A stretch of DNA of 64,000 bases from Eledone cirrhosa (GCA_964016885.1 OZ024747.1:90086001-90150000), one strand, 5' to 3'; counted from the first letter of the stretch, positions 39,915 to 53,199 are shown. Program-made: numbers and translations. Notes: generated by a model from the sequence alone, not told the origin.

Positions 39915-40122
39915 CCCTTTAGTATTTACATTACTCTATATATACTATTATATTTTTGTAGTAAAGGCTCTACCTGACATAATATAGAATCTATGAGATT
40001 TTTATATTAATTATTTTGAGAACAATACCTTAGCATCAGTGTGAGTGGCCGGTTACGACCAGTTTGAACAGAAAGAGGTGAGAGATTTCTGGCTGGCTAT
40101 GGCTGGTTTAAATGCTAAAGGG
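39915..40122 (-). mobile_element. piggyBac-type MITE, complete
   Basis: TTAA|CCCTTTAG…CTAAAGGG|TTAA. Confidence 0.9.
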
Positions 40123-40152
40123 TTAAGGATATGATATATATATATATATATA

Positions 40153-41408
40153 TGATAGGGTACCCCGATCTGTCATCTGGTGGTCCCTAAGGAAGCTGGG
40201 TGTTGAGGAATGGCTTGTAAGGACAGTGCAAACTTTGTACAGAGGTACTCTCAGTAAAGTCAGGGTAGGAATGGAGTTTAGTGAGGAATTCCAGATACAA
40301 GTAGGAGTACATCAGGGTTCGGTCCTCAGCCCGCTCTTGTTCATTATAGTCCTCCAAGCCATAACAGAGGAGTTTAAGACTGGCTGTCCATGGGAACTTC
40401 TCTATGCTGACGATCTGGCTCTTATGGCAGAATCAGTAGAGGAGCTAGAGAATAAATTCCGGCTATGGAAACAGCAGTTGGAAGCAAGAGGACTGAGAGT
40501 AAATCTAGCTAAGACAAAAGTGTTGATGAGTAGAAAAGAGGACAAAACCCTGATTCCGTCAGGGAAATGGCCATGTTCGATATGCAGAAAAGGAACTGGC
40601 ATAAATTCTATAAAATGCACACAATGTAGGTCCTGGGTACACAAGAGATGTAGCGGGATAGCAGGCAAACTAACAGGTAGGGAGAACTATGTATGCAGTA
40701 GATGTACAGGGAAATTAGACAGTAGAAGTCGCACTGATAGACACATTTTTCAAATGCGAGAGGGCGCTATAGAAGTGGTGGATAGCTTCCGGTACCTAGG
40801 AGATCAGATTAGCATGGGAGGAGGGTGTTCCGAGGCCATAGTATCTAGAATAAGGACGGGTTGGAAGAAGTTTAGGGAGCTGCTTCCTCTGTTGACGAAG
40901 AAGGGTTTCTCCCTGCGTACGAAAGGCCGGTTGTATGATGCCTGTGTGAGGAGCGCGATGCTGCATGGTAGTGAGACATGGGCAGCTACCGCAGAAGATA
41001 TGCGACGGCTGGAGAGAAATGAGGCAAGCATGCTCCGTTGGATGTGCAGTGTAAATGTGCGTGAACGACCCAGCATAAATGTGTTGAGAGAGAAACTGTG
41101 TCTGAGAGGGATAGAATGTAGTGTACGGGAGAGGAGACTGAGGTGGTATGGACATGTGATGCGCATGGAGGATGACCGATGGGTGAAGAAGTGCCAGGAA
41201 ATGCCAGTTGAAGGAAGACGTGGTAGAGGTAGACCACGAAAAACATGGGCGGAGGTGGTGAGAACAGACCTCAGATCATTGAAGCTCACGGTGGAGATGA
41301 CAAGGGACCGTGACGAGTGGAGAGATGCTGTGCTGAATAAGACCCGTCCCACCCTTGCAAGCAGGGAAAAGCGGACGTAAAATGATGATGATGATGATGA
41401 TGATGATA
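40153..41408 (+). mobile_element. 5'-truncated RTE LINE (RT C-half with PHD-like insert)
   Basis: Open frame to 41380 with GVHQGSVLSP, YADD, FRYLG, HGSETW and RWYGH; (GAT)n tail. Confidence 0.95.
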
Positions 41409-42214
41409 GAGAGAGAGACCCCATAAAATGAGTACCAGATTGAAATACTTGAGTGAATACAGCTACTGAAACCATTAAAATTAATACCTCAACATAACCA
41501 CAGTCATATGAATGAAACCATTCTAAGAGTAAGAAAGACCATTGTACTCATAACATCTTCAATGTGTTATACGTATAGACAGGCATTAGAATATTTAAAA
41601 GATGTTTGCTTAATTTGATATTACTTTAAAATTTCCAATATTATCATCATCTATAGTGTTGTGACTTCAATTTTGGGGATGGTGTAAGAGTCTCTGATAA
41701 CAAATTATAGAGCCTTGTAGTAGAATGAAATTATCAAGTATCTGAACATTCTATCTAGAAGGTTTGACTTGATGAAATCTCTAAGTATGAACAGCTGTAT
41801 GAGTATAATGGCATAGAACATCTATTTGATTTAAGCATGTACATATTTAAAAATGTGTGCAGGCAGAGAGAAAAATGTACATCATTTGGAATTCTTCCAC
41901 ATAAAGTGCCATTAATACTTCATTAATATTTAGAACCACCCCTCAAACAAATATGTTGGAACCTTCTTCTTTTGGGAGAGGTTAAGAAATCACAGTCTGA
42001 AATTGAAGTAATTGAGTTCCATGGAATGGCAAGTTTTAGAAAAAATATGCTCACAGAAGAAAAAACAAACTGCTGAATTAATTATCCTGACACCAAGCCA
42101 AAATATTCTCCTTAAAATTAGACTATAACTTGGAAATTGTCAAGTAAAGTAGTAATGATGTACAGAAGCTTTTCAGAACATCCAAACAGTACAAGAATGT
42201 GATATAGTTACTTA

Positions 42215-42510
42215 CCTGATGGAGTGTGTAGCTCAGAGATGAGTCATTCCAGTTAGAGCTGAATTGAAAGATCCCAGCTCTATACTATGGGCATGTGGTT
42301 AGAATGTCTCAGAAAAGAATGTGTAGCTTGGAGATCAGAGAGTCACTCCAGGTAGAGCCGCTACTTCTCCAAATTGAAAGATCACAGCTCTGATACTATG
42401 GGCATGTGGTTATAATGTCTCGGGAAAGAATCGCTGGACAGATTTTATGGGTAAAACCAACTGGCTGGAGACTCAGGGGTAGACCCCAAGCACGATGGTT
42501 GGATAACATT
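42215..42510 (+). mobile_element. LINE fragment (6697 family) with internal tandem duplication
   Basis: Homology to the reverse complement of 6820-7010. Confidence 0.6.
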
Positions 42511-42521
42511 AGCTATTCCTG

Positions 42522-42665
42522 GTACTCATTTTCAGCTGAGTATACAGGAGCAACATGAAGTGAAGTGTTTTGCTCAAGAACACAACACATAACCCAGCTG
42601 AGGTATCAAACCCATGACATTATGATCATAAATCTATCACCCTTACCACCAGGCCACTAAGCAAC
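42522..42665 (-). mobile_element. CORE-type SINE fragment
   Basis: CTCATTTTCAGCTGAGT…TTGCTCAAGAACACAAC. Confidence 0.7.
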
Positions 42666-43099
42666 ATATGAGGCTGATATAACTTCATTTTTTTTAATTT
42701 TTAATAAAATATTTGATACTTGATAAGAATTTTTGGTGGGGTTCCAAATTCATTGATTTTATAAATTTCTTGATATCAGTTAGGTAGGGGGAAGGGGAAT
42801 TTACTCAAGTTTTAAATAACATCATAACCATAAGTCAAATTAGTTTGAATTTTAGAATTTCTTAAAAATATTCAACTTGCTGACCTTTACTGATTATGCA
42901 ATTATTGATCTGAAATTGTATTTTGACCCAGTTTCTTTTCATTTGCAACATTTCCAATATTTTGAAATTTTCTTTATAAATTTACAAGATATAACAAGTT
43001 TAATGATGTTTGTTATTTTTTTTTTTGCTGTTTTTTTTATCATGCATTTTACTGAATGTATAAAGAGTGCCTGTCACTGATATTTCTCTTTGTCTATAT

Positions 43100-44062
43100 T
43101 ACAGGTCCAGAGGATGATAGGAGTAGAGCCAGTGAAGCATGTTGTGAAAAGAAATGGAATGAGATGGCTGGGTCATGTGTTGCAGAAGAATGAAAGTGAT
43201 TGGATGGAAATGAATATGGAAGAAAGTAGAGGCAGGGGATGACTGGGAAAGACAAGGCTAAAGATGATGAAAGAGGAAATGAAAGCCAAGGGGTTGCAGA
43301 TGATGGGGGTGGGGCAAAGAAGCTTGTTAAGGGTCTCACAAGGTTAACCCATGCTTTACCAAGAAAAATGGCCTTAAAGCGCCATTTAATAGAAAGATTA
43401 TGAAAGATTACTGAATAAGTATAATGCATGGTAGCAAGATGGTCTACCCCAAGTTCACCCAACAGGAACCAGCTGTACAAGTCAGCAGCAGTGTAGTAAG
43501 TAATGCAATTAAGGGTTTGAAAATGGGGAAAGCAGCTGGTTGATTGGGGATATTTGCTGAGATGCTGAAAGTATCTGGGATGATGGATCACACCTTAACC
43601 ACTTGTATCGTAAACCAAGTAATATTAAATGGTGTCATATCAAATGACTGGTGCAACAGCATCATTGTCAACTGTTACAAGGATGAAGGAGATGCACTAG
43701 ATGGAGAAAACTATAGAGGCATCAAATTGATGGGCCAGGTTATGAAGGTAACACAGCTTAGGGGACTAGGTTAATCTAGATCAGATGCAGTTCGAATTGT
43801 GCCGGATAAAAGTACCACCGATGCCCTCTTCCTTGTGAAGAAACTACAGTGTAGAGTGGTCATGTAGGTGTCATGACAAAAAGCATCCAGTACACACTGT
43901 AAATGTGGTTTGTGTTAGGAAAGGCATCCAGCTGTAGAAACCAAGCCAGAATTAGTTCTGTATGAGCATGACACAGTCACCTGATCTGACTTGTCTGTCA
44001 ATGGGACAACTCGTCTAACCCATGTTAGCATGGAAAAATGGGTCTTAAACAGTGATGATGAT
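43100..44062 (+). mobile_element. Degraded RTE fragments plus RTE tail
   Basis: RWLGHV motif at ~43160; AEMLK…DW…YK..GDALD…NYRGIKL at 43544-43774; tail at 43850-44062. Confidence 0.7.
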
Positions 44063-44111
44063 ATATAAATACATACATACATATGCACACATTTACATTG
44101 TATTTGGCTAA

Positions 44112-44330
44112 TAATGGTTTCTGGTTGAGACACAAGACCAACAATTTTGTTAGAAAAGAAAGTATATTAAATTGACTTGAGTGTGTTACTGATACTTGAT
44201 CTTATTTACCCCGTAAGGATGAGAGACAAAGCTTACCTAGACGGGATTTGAACTCAGAACATAAAGAGACGTAACTATATGGCACAAAGCATGTTGACCG
44301 ATGCTCTACCGATACTGCTAATACACCACC
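44112..44330 (-). mobile_element. Family A SINE
   Basis: Tail, central domain and B box. Confidence 0.8.
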
Positions 44331-44364
44331 TTGTACTTGAATAAGAATAAACCCCTAACCATAT

Positions 44365-45130
44365 TCTTCATCAACATGGAAAAGGCCTTTCACAGAATTT
44401 CACAGTCTGTAATCTGGTGGGTGCTTAGGAAGTTAGAGATATATGAATAGTTTGTGATGGTTGTACAAGCCATGTACAGATGTGCATTCAGCAAAGTAAG
44501 TGTTAACATTAAGTATAGCAATGAATTTAGTGTGCAGATATGAGGCCACCAAGGCTCAGTTCTTAGCCCCTTCCTCTTGATTATAGTCCTCCAGGCTAGA
44601 ACAGAAGAATTGAAGACTGATATGTATATTTAAATAGACAGAGAGAAAAATGAAATCGCATGAAAGGTGCAATGTGTCCAAACACGGAAGAGCCGAACTC
44701 CACTGTCATCACCTCCATCTCTCTTGCCCTCCACATCTCTCTGTATTGTGAGCAAATGGGGTCCCACATGCTGGCTGCCCTACAACACCAGCAGACAGAA
44801 TGGAGAAGGTGTTTCTCTGGTGGATTGTAAGGGAGATGCGCTGAAAGAGCCCTTCCATCTCATGAGGCTCACACCTGCGGCTGGCCAGCTCAGCGCCTAT
44901 AGTCGTGAGTAGGGAGGTAGCCCTAGGATCAAGGGCACCAGGAGTCTCCATTGCCAAGGGCACGACCGCAAACCTGTCAGATAGCGACCGGTACTTTGTC
45001 CAAGGGAACTCTTGTATGCTGATGATATAGCATTGATAGCAGAAAGTGCAAAAGAATTAAAGAAGAGATTCCAGACATAGGAACAAAATCTGGAATCAAA
45101 GGACTGCTAAGTAAACATAGCAAAGACTAA
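44365..45130 (+). mobile_element. Degraded RTE RT fragment split by a CRE-like insertion
   Basis: DMEKAF…HQGSVLSP…EELKT up to 44620, resuming ELLYADD at ~45005. Confidence 0.7.
44650..45000 (-). mobile_element. CRE/NeSL-like non-LTR 3' fragment
   Basis: PLAMETPGAL…IG…EP.E..GLFQRISL.I…N..SIL, the C-terminal motif after the restriction-like endonuclease. Confidence 0.7.
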
Positions 45131-45471
45131 TACCACTTCTAACTTCCACTCAGCTCCCTCTTCATCACTCCCTTTTTATTCTTTGTCTTTCCTTTCTCTC
45201 CTGCTTTAAAATTGTATTTTTATTATTTTCAACTGATTTCAAATCACACCATGACATATTTTGGTATTAGACTTAATCTGTCACCTGGTTTAACACCACC
45301 ACCTGACTCTTGGGTGCTATAAAAGCAACTACCATAATGTTAATCAAAAGAATGGTATTTTTTTTCTGAAATAAATAAAAGAAAAAGAATGAAACCCTTT
45401 TTCTAATGTAGGCTATGGTAAAGAGAAATTCGTCAACAATGCATTTTTGCTGGGTCTGAGGTAATAGCTAT

Positions 45472-45900
45472 CTATCTATTTAGGGCGGGTAAAATTCCCG
45501 AGATCCATGGACGAGTTCTCTCCAGCGGTCTCTGTCCCTCATTATCGCTGCCATGTCCTGCGTCTCCAACAGACCAGTGTCTGTCCTTAGGGCATCAACA
45601 TACGTTAACCTTGGTCTTCCTCTTCCAGTGTGTCTATGTAGGGGCTCCCACAGGAGCACTGAATGCAGTGTCAACTCTGGATGTCTGTGAGCATGTCCAG
45701 CTAACCTCAGTCTCCTCTGTGTCACTTTTGTGCTGACTTTTGGGAGGCTCCCATACAGTCTGTGCTGCTGTACGGGTCTGAGACTTGGACACTGACCAAG
45801 AAACTCACTCAGATTGTGGATGGGTGCTACACGAGAATGCTGAGGATGGCTTTGAACATTAATCAGTATACACTGAGGATGAAAAACTCAGAGCTGTATG
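45472..45900 (-). mobile_element. RTE-like LINE with 5' inversion and 12-bp TSD
   Basis: TSD GGTAATAGCTAT at 45460-45471 and 45901-45912; minus segment to 45758, plus segment encoding SVLLYGSETW…ELYG. Confidence 0.85.
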
Positions 45901-46033
45901 GGTAATAGCTATAAGAATAGTAAAACCTCTAAACATTAATTTATTCAGTTGAATAGATCACTTACACTATTGAGTTTTGAATGTTTTTGTCTTCTCAGCA
46001 TCTCTAGTCTCATAAATATGGCATTTTACTATA

Positions 46034-46663
46034 CTAGAATGTTCTTCAACATGCCGACATGTATGTGTATATGTGTGTGCGTGTGCATATGTGCATATGC
46101 ATACATTTATATGTATAGGTATATAGATATAAACACACAAACACATACACAGACACACTTACAAAAATACTCACTCACAGACATACATTCACACAAATAC
46201 ACATACATTCATACAAACACACACACATACATTCACAGAAACACACACATAGGCAGACACACTTATAAACTGACAGACATACATTCACACAAATAAACAT
46301 ACATTCATACAAACACACACACACACACATACATTCACACAAACACACATACATACATTTACACAAACACACATATACACATACATTTACACGCAGCATA
46401 GCAATTGGAACGCCAGACGCTGTTTTGCTATAGTTTTTTCTCCATCCCCTTCCTTCCTTTTACACACACATACGTTCACACAAACACACACATATGCATT
46501 CACACAAACACACACATACACACAGCGTAGCAAATGGAACGCCGGTCGCTGTTTTGCTAAGGTTTTTTCACCTTCCCTTCCTTCCCTTTAAACACATACA
46601 TTCACACAAACACACATTGTGTGACGAACGGACGGATGGAAGTTGCTAAAATTTATATATAGA
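46034..46663 (-). mobile_element. Probable non-autonomous Helitron with (CA)-rich interior
   Basis: Minus 5' A|TCTATATA and 3' CTAG|T; internal ~130-bp duplication; no clear 3' hairpin. Confidence 0.45.
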
Positions 46664-46988
46664 TTGTTAATCAGTAGCATAACTTTAAGAATTGGTTGAG
46701 ACCCCTTCTTCATAAGAATTTCTATGACTTCTTTTAGAGCAGATATAATAATATTGTCTTCAATTCTATGTGGCCTTCCTATTCTATTATATGAAAAATG
46801 TACATTGTATGTGGCCTTCATTTTCTCATTAAATATGAAATAGTGACTTAAGAAAAATAGCATTAAGTTGGGATGTTTGCCAAACTTTTCATTTAATGTC
46901 TTAAAAATTTGAAAAGATTTGTTTTACTTATCTGATTTCATCACCACAAGGTGGGTTTTCATCTTCAAAGGCTTCATTGCATCATTTC

Positions 46989-47055
<67 letters not shown>

Positions 47056-47057
<2 letters not shown>

Positions 47058-47168
47058 TCATCATCATCGGTTAACGTCCATATTCCACGCTTGCATGGGT
47101 TTGGACGGGAGTTTTCCCACTTGAGGCAAGAGTGGTTGTCTTGCTCGCATAGGACTGTCTGGCGGATG
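47056..47168 (-). mobile_element. RTE 3' tail inside (TA)n
   Basis: Matches the reverse complement of 53890-54000. Confidence 0.8.
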
Positions 47169-47190
47169 CATATATATATATATATATATA

Positions 47191-47302
47191 TAGGAAAAAG
47201 TATGACCCCATACTTTTTCCTATTCCCACTCTACTACCCTAAGTATTGAGTACTCTGGTGCATTATGGTCCATTTGGTTCCTTACCACAATTCCTTTGTT
47301 AT
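47191..47302 (+). mobile_element. Short fold-back copy of the 37663 family
   Basis: AGGAAAAAGTATG-ACCC-CATACTTTTTCCT hairpin plus an extension homologous to 37780-37862. Confidence 0.75.
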
Positions 47303-47968
47303 ATATATATATGTATATATATATATGTTTGTGTGTGGTGTATATGTATATATATATGTATGTATATAGGGTCACCAGTTGGTGCTACTGGTAACATGTA
47401 TCCCAGTACAACCTGTCTCATGGTCGGGTCGTTGGCGACTAAACTGGCAACCCCACCAAGGTTTCTTGGTGAGGAGGGTGACTTTGGACATCCTGCAGGA
47501 CTAAAAACAAAACCTGTCAAAGAGCAAAGGAGCTCTTAAGTGTCAATGGCCATCAAAAATCACCGGAAGAGATGACCCATTAGCCTTTGTCAAGGCAGAA
47601 TTCTAGGAGAAGGTAAACTCTGATATAACACCTGTAACTCTGATGGTATCCAATGATGTTGACTTGTTCTTCTTTTTGGTAAATATCATCTTGGTTAAGA
47701 GAGTGGGACTGGCTTTGTGCAGTGCGGTTGCTCACTATAAAAGCTTCACGGTGCAGGCATTGCTATATATCTGGAGATCTCTCTGCACTTGTCGTCACAT
47801 GGTACCATGGGCCCAGCACTATGTGTCAATAATTGTCACAAGTGTAGTGTTTGTACCAGAGTTTCTAAGTCGCTGGCGGACTAAAAAGTCACTCGTTCAG
47901 CACATCGATAGGGGTTCTCCTACATGGATATAAAGTAGTGGCCGTACTCGAAAACGAGTTGGCAGCCA

Positions 47969-48008
<40 letters not shown>

Positions 48009-49115
48009 GTATTCCAGATACAAGTAGGAGTACATCAGGGTTCGGTCCTCAGCCCGCTCTTGTTCATTATAGTCCTCCAAGCCATAACAGAGGAGTTTAA
48101 GACTGGCTGTCCATGGGAACTTCTCTACGCTGACGATCTGGTTCTTATAGCAGAATCAGTAGAGGAGCTAGAGAATAAATTCTGGCTATGGAAACAGCAG
48201 TTGGAAGCAAGAGGACTGAGAGTGAATCTAGCTAAGACAAAAGTGTTGATGAGTAGAAAAGAGGACAAAACCCTGATTCCATCAGGGAAATGGCCATGTT
48301 CGATATGCAGAAAAGGAACTGGCATAAATTCTATAAAATGCACACAATGCAGATCCTGGGTACACAAGAGATGTAGCGGGATAGCAGGCAAACTAACAGG
48401 TAGGGAGAAATATGTATGCAGTAGATGTACAGGGAAATTAGACAGTAGAAGTCGCACTGATAGACACATTTTTCAAATGCAAGAGGGCGCTATAGAAGTG
48501 GTGGATAGCTTCCGGTACCTAGGAGATCAGATTAGCATGGGAGGAGGGTGTTCCGAGGCCATAGTATCTAGAATAAGGACGGGTTGGAAGAAGTTTAGGG
48601 AGCTACTTCCTCTGTTGACGAAGAAGAGTTTCTCCCTGCATACGAAAGGCCGGTTGTATGATGCCTGTGTGAGGAGCGCGATGCTGCATGGTAGTGAGAC
48701 ATGGGCAGCAACTGCAGAGGATATGCGACGGCTGGAGAGAAATGAGGCAAGCATGCTCCGTTGGATGTGCAGTGTAAATGTGCGTGAACGACCCAGCATA
48801 AATGTGTTGAGAGAGAAACTGTGTCTGAGAGGGATAGATTGTAGTGTACGGGAGAGGAGACTGAGGGGGTATGGACATGTGATGCGCATGGAGGATGACC
48901 GATGGGTGAAGAAGTGCCAGGAATTGCCAGTTGAAGGAAGACGTGGTAGAGGTAGACCACGAAAAACATGGGCGGAGGTGGTGAGAACAGACCTCAGATC
49001 ATTGAAGCTCACGGTGGAGATGACAAGGGACCGTGACGAGTGGAGAGATGCTGTGCTGAATAAGACCCGTCCCACCCTTGCAAGCAGGGAAAAGCGGACG
49101 TAAAATGATGATGAT
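48009..49115 (+). mobile_element. 5'-truncated RTE LINE, near-identical to 40153-41408
   Basis: ORF 48060-49103 with the same motifs; embedded in (TA)n. Confidence 0.95.
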
Positions 49116-49156
49116 GTATATATATATGTATATATGTATATATATATGTATATATG

Positions 49157-49201
<45 letters not shown>

Positions 49202-49218
49202 ATATATATGTATATATG

Positions 49219-49300
<82 letters not shown>

Positions 49301-49475
49301 GGAGGTGAGTGTTATTGTAGTACAATAAAGCAATGCAGATATCGGATAAGTAGCACTCTACAGTTTGTAGGACTGGAGTATAAATAATAATATATAAGAT
49401 CAAAAGATGGTTAAAAGAGTTCCATGTATTTTATTATGCGCATATTATATATATATATATATACGTATATGTATA

Positions 49476-49514
<39 letters not shown>

Positions 49515-49577
49515 GTATATATGTATGTATATGTATATATATGTATATGTATATGTATGTATGTATATAAATATATA

Positions 49578-49642
<65 letters not shown>

Positions 49643-49770
49643 GTGTGTGTATATATATATATATACATGTATATATATGTGTGTATGTATATACATGTAT
49701 ATATTTATGTGTATATATATATATGTATATATATATATATCCGTGTGTGCATGTGAGTACATATATGTGT
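49116..49770. repeat. Compound (TA)n/(TATG)n/(TG)n microsatellite blocks
   Basis: Directly visible at 49116-49297 and 49441-49770. Confidence 0.95.
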
Positions 49771-50267
49771 TGTTACACACTCAGAATATCAAAAATACTA
49801 TTACTCTTCATATACTCTCACTTAACAGATAACAATCTTACCTACTTCTTATCTCTACACTGAAATATGTCATGGTAACAAACACTTCAATCAACACTAT
49901 TTTCATTGTTAGCTCTTCGTATAGATATAGATATTGCCAATTTTTCCTGCAGCATCTTTATTCTATGAAAGGTCTCTTAAACTTTAAAAGTGCTGTAAGG
50001 TTCTTGCAGACAAGAGTGTTCTCAAAAATGAATATATAAATACATCCCACAGTATATGAAAAACCTTTACAAAATACAGCTCTCATTACATGCATGGATT
50101 AATCTGTCAGGCCATAGTTCTATACTTACCTATAGTACTGTAAACTGCTAACTGTACTTTAACAAAGATATTTCAAAAATCTTATCTGTTTCAGGTGATA
50201 AATCAATCTGGTATTTGCCAAACTGATATAAAATTAAATTATTAATGAAGAAAGATTTACATTATTA

Positions 50268-50925
50268 ATCCACCTTTGCCTTTCATCCTTACGGGGTCAA
50301 TAAAATAAAGTACCAGTAATGTACTGGGTAATTGCTGTCCTTGTGCCAAAAAGTAGCAACAATTATTAATCCTGCCGAGGTTAACTTTGCTTTTCATCCT
50401 TACGGGGTCGATAAAATAAAGTACCAGTAATACACTGGGATAGTTGCTGGCCTTGTGCCAAAGGTAGAAACAATTACCAATTATACATGACAAACAAAGC
50501 AGTGGATTTGCAGAATTGGTTGAGCATCGGCAGACAACATGCTTTGTGGTATAGTGTTATGACCCTTTATTTTTTGTTTTCAAATTTCACCAAGGTTAGC
50601 TTTTTCTTTCATTCTTACAGGGTCGATCAAATAAAGTTCTAATAATCGTTTCTACTTTTGGCACAAGGCCAGCAATTACCCCAGTGTATTACTGGTATTT
50701 TATTTGATCGACCTCGTAAGGATGAAAGGCAAAGTTAACCTCGGTAGGATTTGAACTCAGACCGTAAAGGGCCGTAATTCTATGCTGCAAAGCATGGCAT
50801 CCAACTCTCTACCGATACTGCCAATCCAAAATACTAATAATGCACTGGGGTCAACTTGCCCCTCTCCCCCATCCCCTTCCACCCTGAAAATTGTGACCTT
50901 CTGTCTAAATCAGAAACTGTTAGTT
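50268..50925. mobile_element. Cluster of family A SINEs, with one minus copy (50645-50828) nested in a plus copy
   Basis: Repeated central and tail motifs in both orientations. Confidence 0.8.
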
Positions 50926-51300
50926 ATACAAGATAAATGACCTTTAACTCTTGATGGAATCATAGGAGCACTGTCTTCACAGGATGTGTCTTGGCCATTT
51001 TTAACCAGGCAGAGCTCATCTCTCTCCAGGTCAGGACACAGCTAATGTTTCTTCCATAGAAGAAGAAGAAGTGAGAGAGAATCAATTCAGTACTGGACAG
51101 GTTCTTTGTTTTTCAACCTTGAGAGGATTTGAATCCAGAGTGTAGTGAGCCAAAATAACTGCAGAAAGATCTTTTATCTGATTTCTTAATAACTTTGCCA
51201 ATTCTATGCCTTATCATACAAGTATTTTCTGTAATTATTTCTTGTTATTTATTATATAAAAATAGATTCATATATCATAAACTGTTAAGACTATTTAGAG

Positions 51301-51882
51301 CAGAGATTCTCAAACCTTTTGGCCACTGCCCACCTAACGGCCACATAATACCCCCAGTGTGCTCCCTATTTCCCATAAGACTTGCCTACATGCAAATTGT
51401 AAATAATATATAATAAATAAAATCGTTAATTCATATATAATAAATAATACAATATATACTCTGTATAAATAAATATTATGTATTTTTTTATTTTACTATC
51501 TATCTATCTAGGGCGGGTAAAATTCCTGAGATCCATGGACGAGTTCTCTCCAGCGGTCTCTGTCCCTCATCATCACTGCCATGTACTGCGTCTCAAAGAG
51601 ACCACTGTTTGTCCTTAGGGCATCAACATATGACAACCTCGGTCTCCCTCTTCCAGTCTGTCCAGGCAGGGGCTCCTACAGGAGCACTGAGTCCAGTGTC
51701 AACTCTGGATGTCGGTGAGAATGTCCAGCTAACCTCAGTCTCCTCTGTGCTACTTTCAAGCTGACTTTTATTTATATACAATATGTATCATTTGACATTT
51801 AATATACTATTATATCATCTCTCCTGCCCCCTTAGGCTGCAGCACACGTGGGCGACAATAGTACTCACTTTGAGAACCTATG
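51301..51882 (+). mobile_element. hAT-type MITE with 8-bp TSD and a nested LINE fragment (51497-51768, minus)
   Basis: TSD ATTTAGAG at 51293-51300 and 51883-51890; TIRs CAGAGATTCTCAAA / TTTGAGAACCTATG. Confidence 0.85.
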
Positions 51883-52047
51883 ATTTAGAGTAATGTTTCT
51901 CATGAGAAAGACTATAGTTGACAGAGCTATGGACAGGATATTATGAGTCTCTGTCAATGAAATGGAACAAAAACATGGTTGGATACAATGGTAAAGGTGT
52001 AAATTAATACAGCAGCAAGCTGTAAGGGAGATAAAGACAGTTGCTAT

Positions 52048-52345
52048 TAAGGTTCCTGATTTAGGCACAAGGCCAACAATTTTTTGGCGGGGATAAAAGT
52101 CGATTAAATCGACCCCAGTGTGTTACTGGTACTAATTTTTTTTTACCTTGTAATGGATAATGGATTCTAATTTAAGCACAACGCCAACAATTTTTGGATA
52201 GAGGAATTACTGGTACTTTATTTTATTGACCTCCGTAAGGATAAAAAGCAAAGCTAACTTCAATGGGATTTGAACTGAGAACATAAAGAGCTGTAACTAT
52301 ATGTTGCACACCATGTCCAATGCTCTACCGATGCTACCAACCCAC
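52048..52345 (-). mobile_element. Two family A SINE pieces
   Basis: Tail, central and B-box motifs. Confidence 0.75.
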
Positions 52346-53157
52346 TGCCTGCATGACAGTAGCTATTATGAAAAATAAAAATTAAATAATTATATCATAA
52401 TTTATATACTCATATATAAATTACCCCCCCCGAAGTGTTTATATTTTAACTTCAGCCTTTGATCCATATATAAGTTGCATGCTGCTTTTAATAAATACTG
52501 TTTGCAACTCTGTTTCTGGTTTGGTTTCAATGAAAAGAAAATATTTCGCTAAAATAATCCCAATCTTTGCCCTGTACAGACTAGCAAAGTCCTGCAACCA
52601 TAGATGTCATAACATGACTGACAACATATTTAGCATCCTATGGGCATGAAGTTTACAGCCAGCAGAGAGAAAAATATTTATAAATATTTCGCACAAGTGA
52701 ATGTCATTTTTCATTTTGCACAAGACTTTATTAATATATATTTCTTTACATTGTATATTCATATAGAATGAATATTGATGGATATAGCAACCTGCTCTAC
52801 ATACTAAATCATTTACCTCTGTGTATGTGTATGTGCGTGCATACGTGTATGTGCGTATTCAAGCCCAGAGCAGGATTTGGTAGATAACTTGTGTGCATTT
52901 CTTTTACGCCTGATTTTTCTTTCTTTTTAGTTATAAACCCCTGACTTATCTAAGAGTATATATAGTATCCTGTCTGACAAGGAATTATATAATGTATACT
53001 GTGTTATCTAACACAGGAAATATTTTCCTATTCCAGAAATATGACTTTGTAATATAAAAGTACAAAACTGAAGGAAGATATTGCAAATATGAATTAAAAT
53101 TTTGTATTTGTTTTATCAAAATAGTTATGGTACCTCTATGTCAAATATACAGAAAAG

Positions 53158-53199
<42 letters not shown>

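Noticed and set aside
40402-41475. Antisense ORFs over RTE copies (also at 48-49, 60 and 62 kb)
   Set aside because: Shadow frames of the RT coding strand.
49009-49863. Many YI/IY-rich ORFs (also at 14.4-14.7 kb, 46 kb and 55.3-55.6 kb)
   Set aside because: Translations of (TA)n/(CA)n microsatellites.
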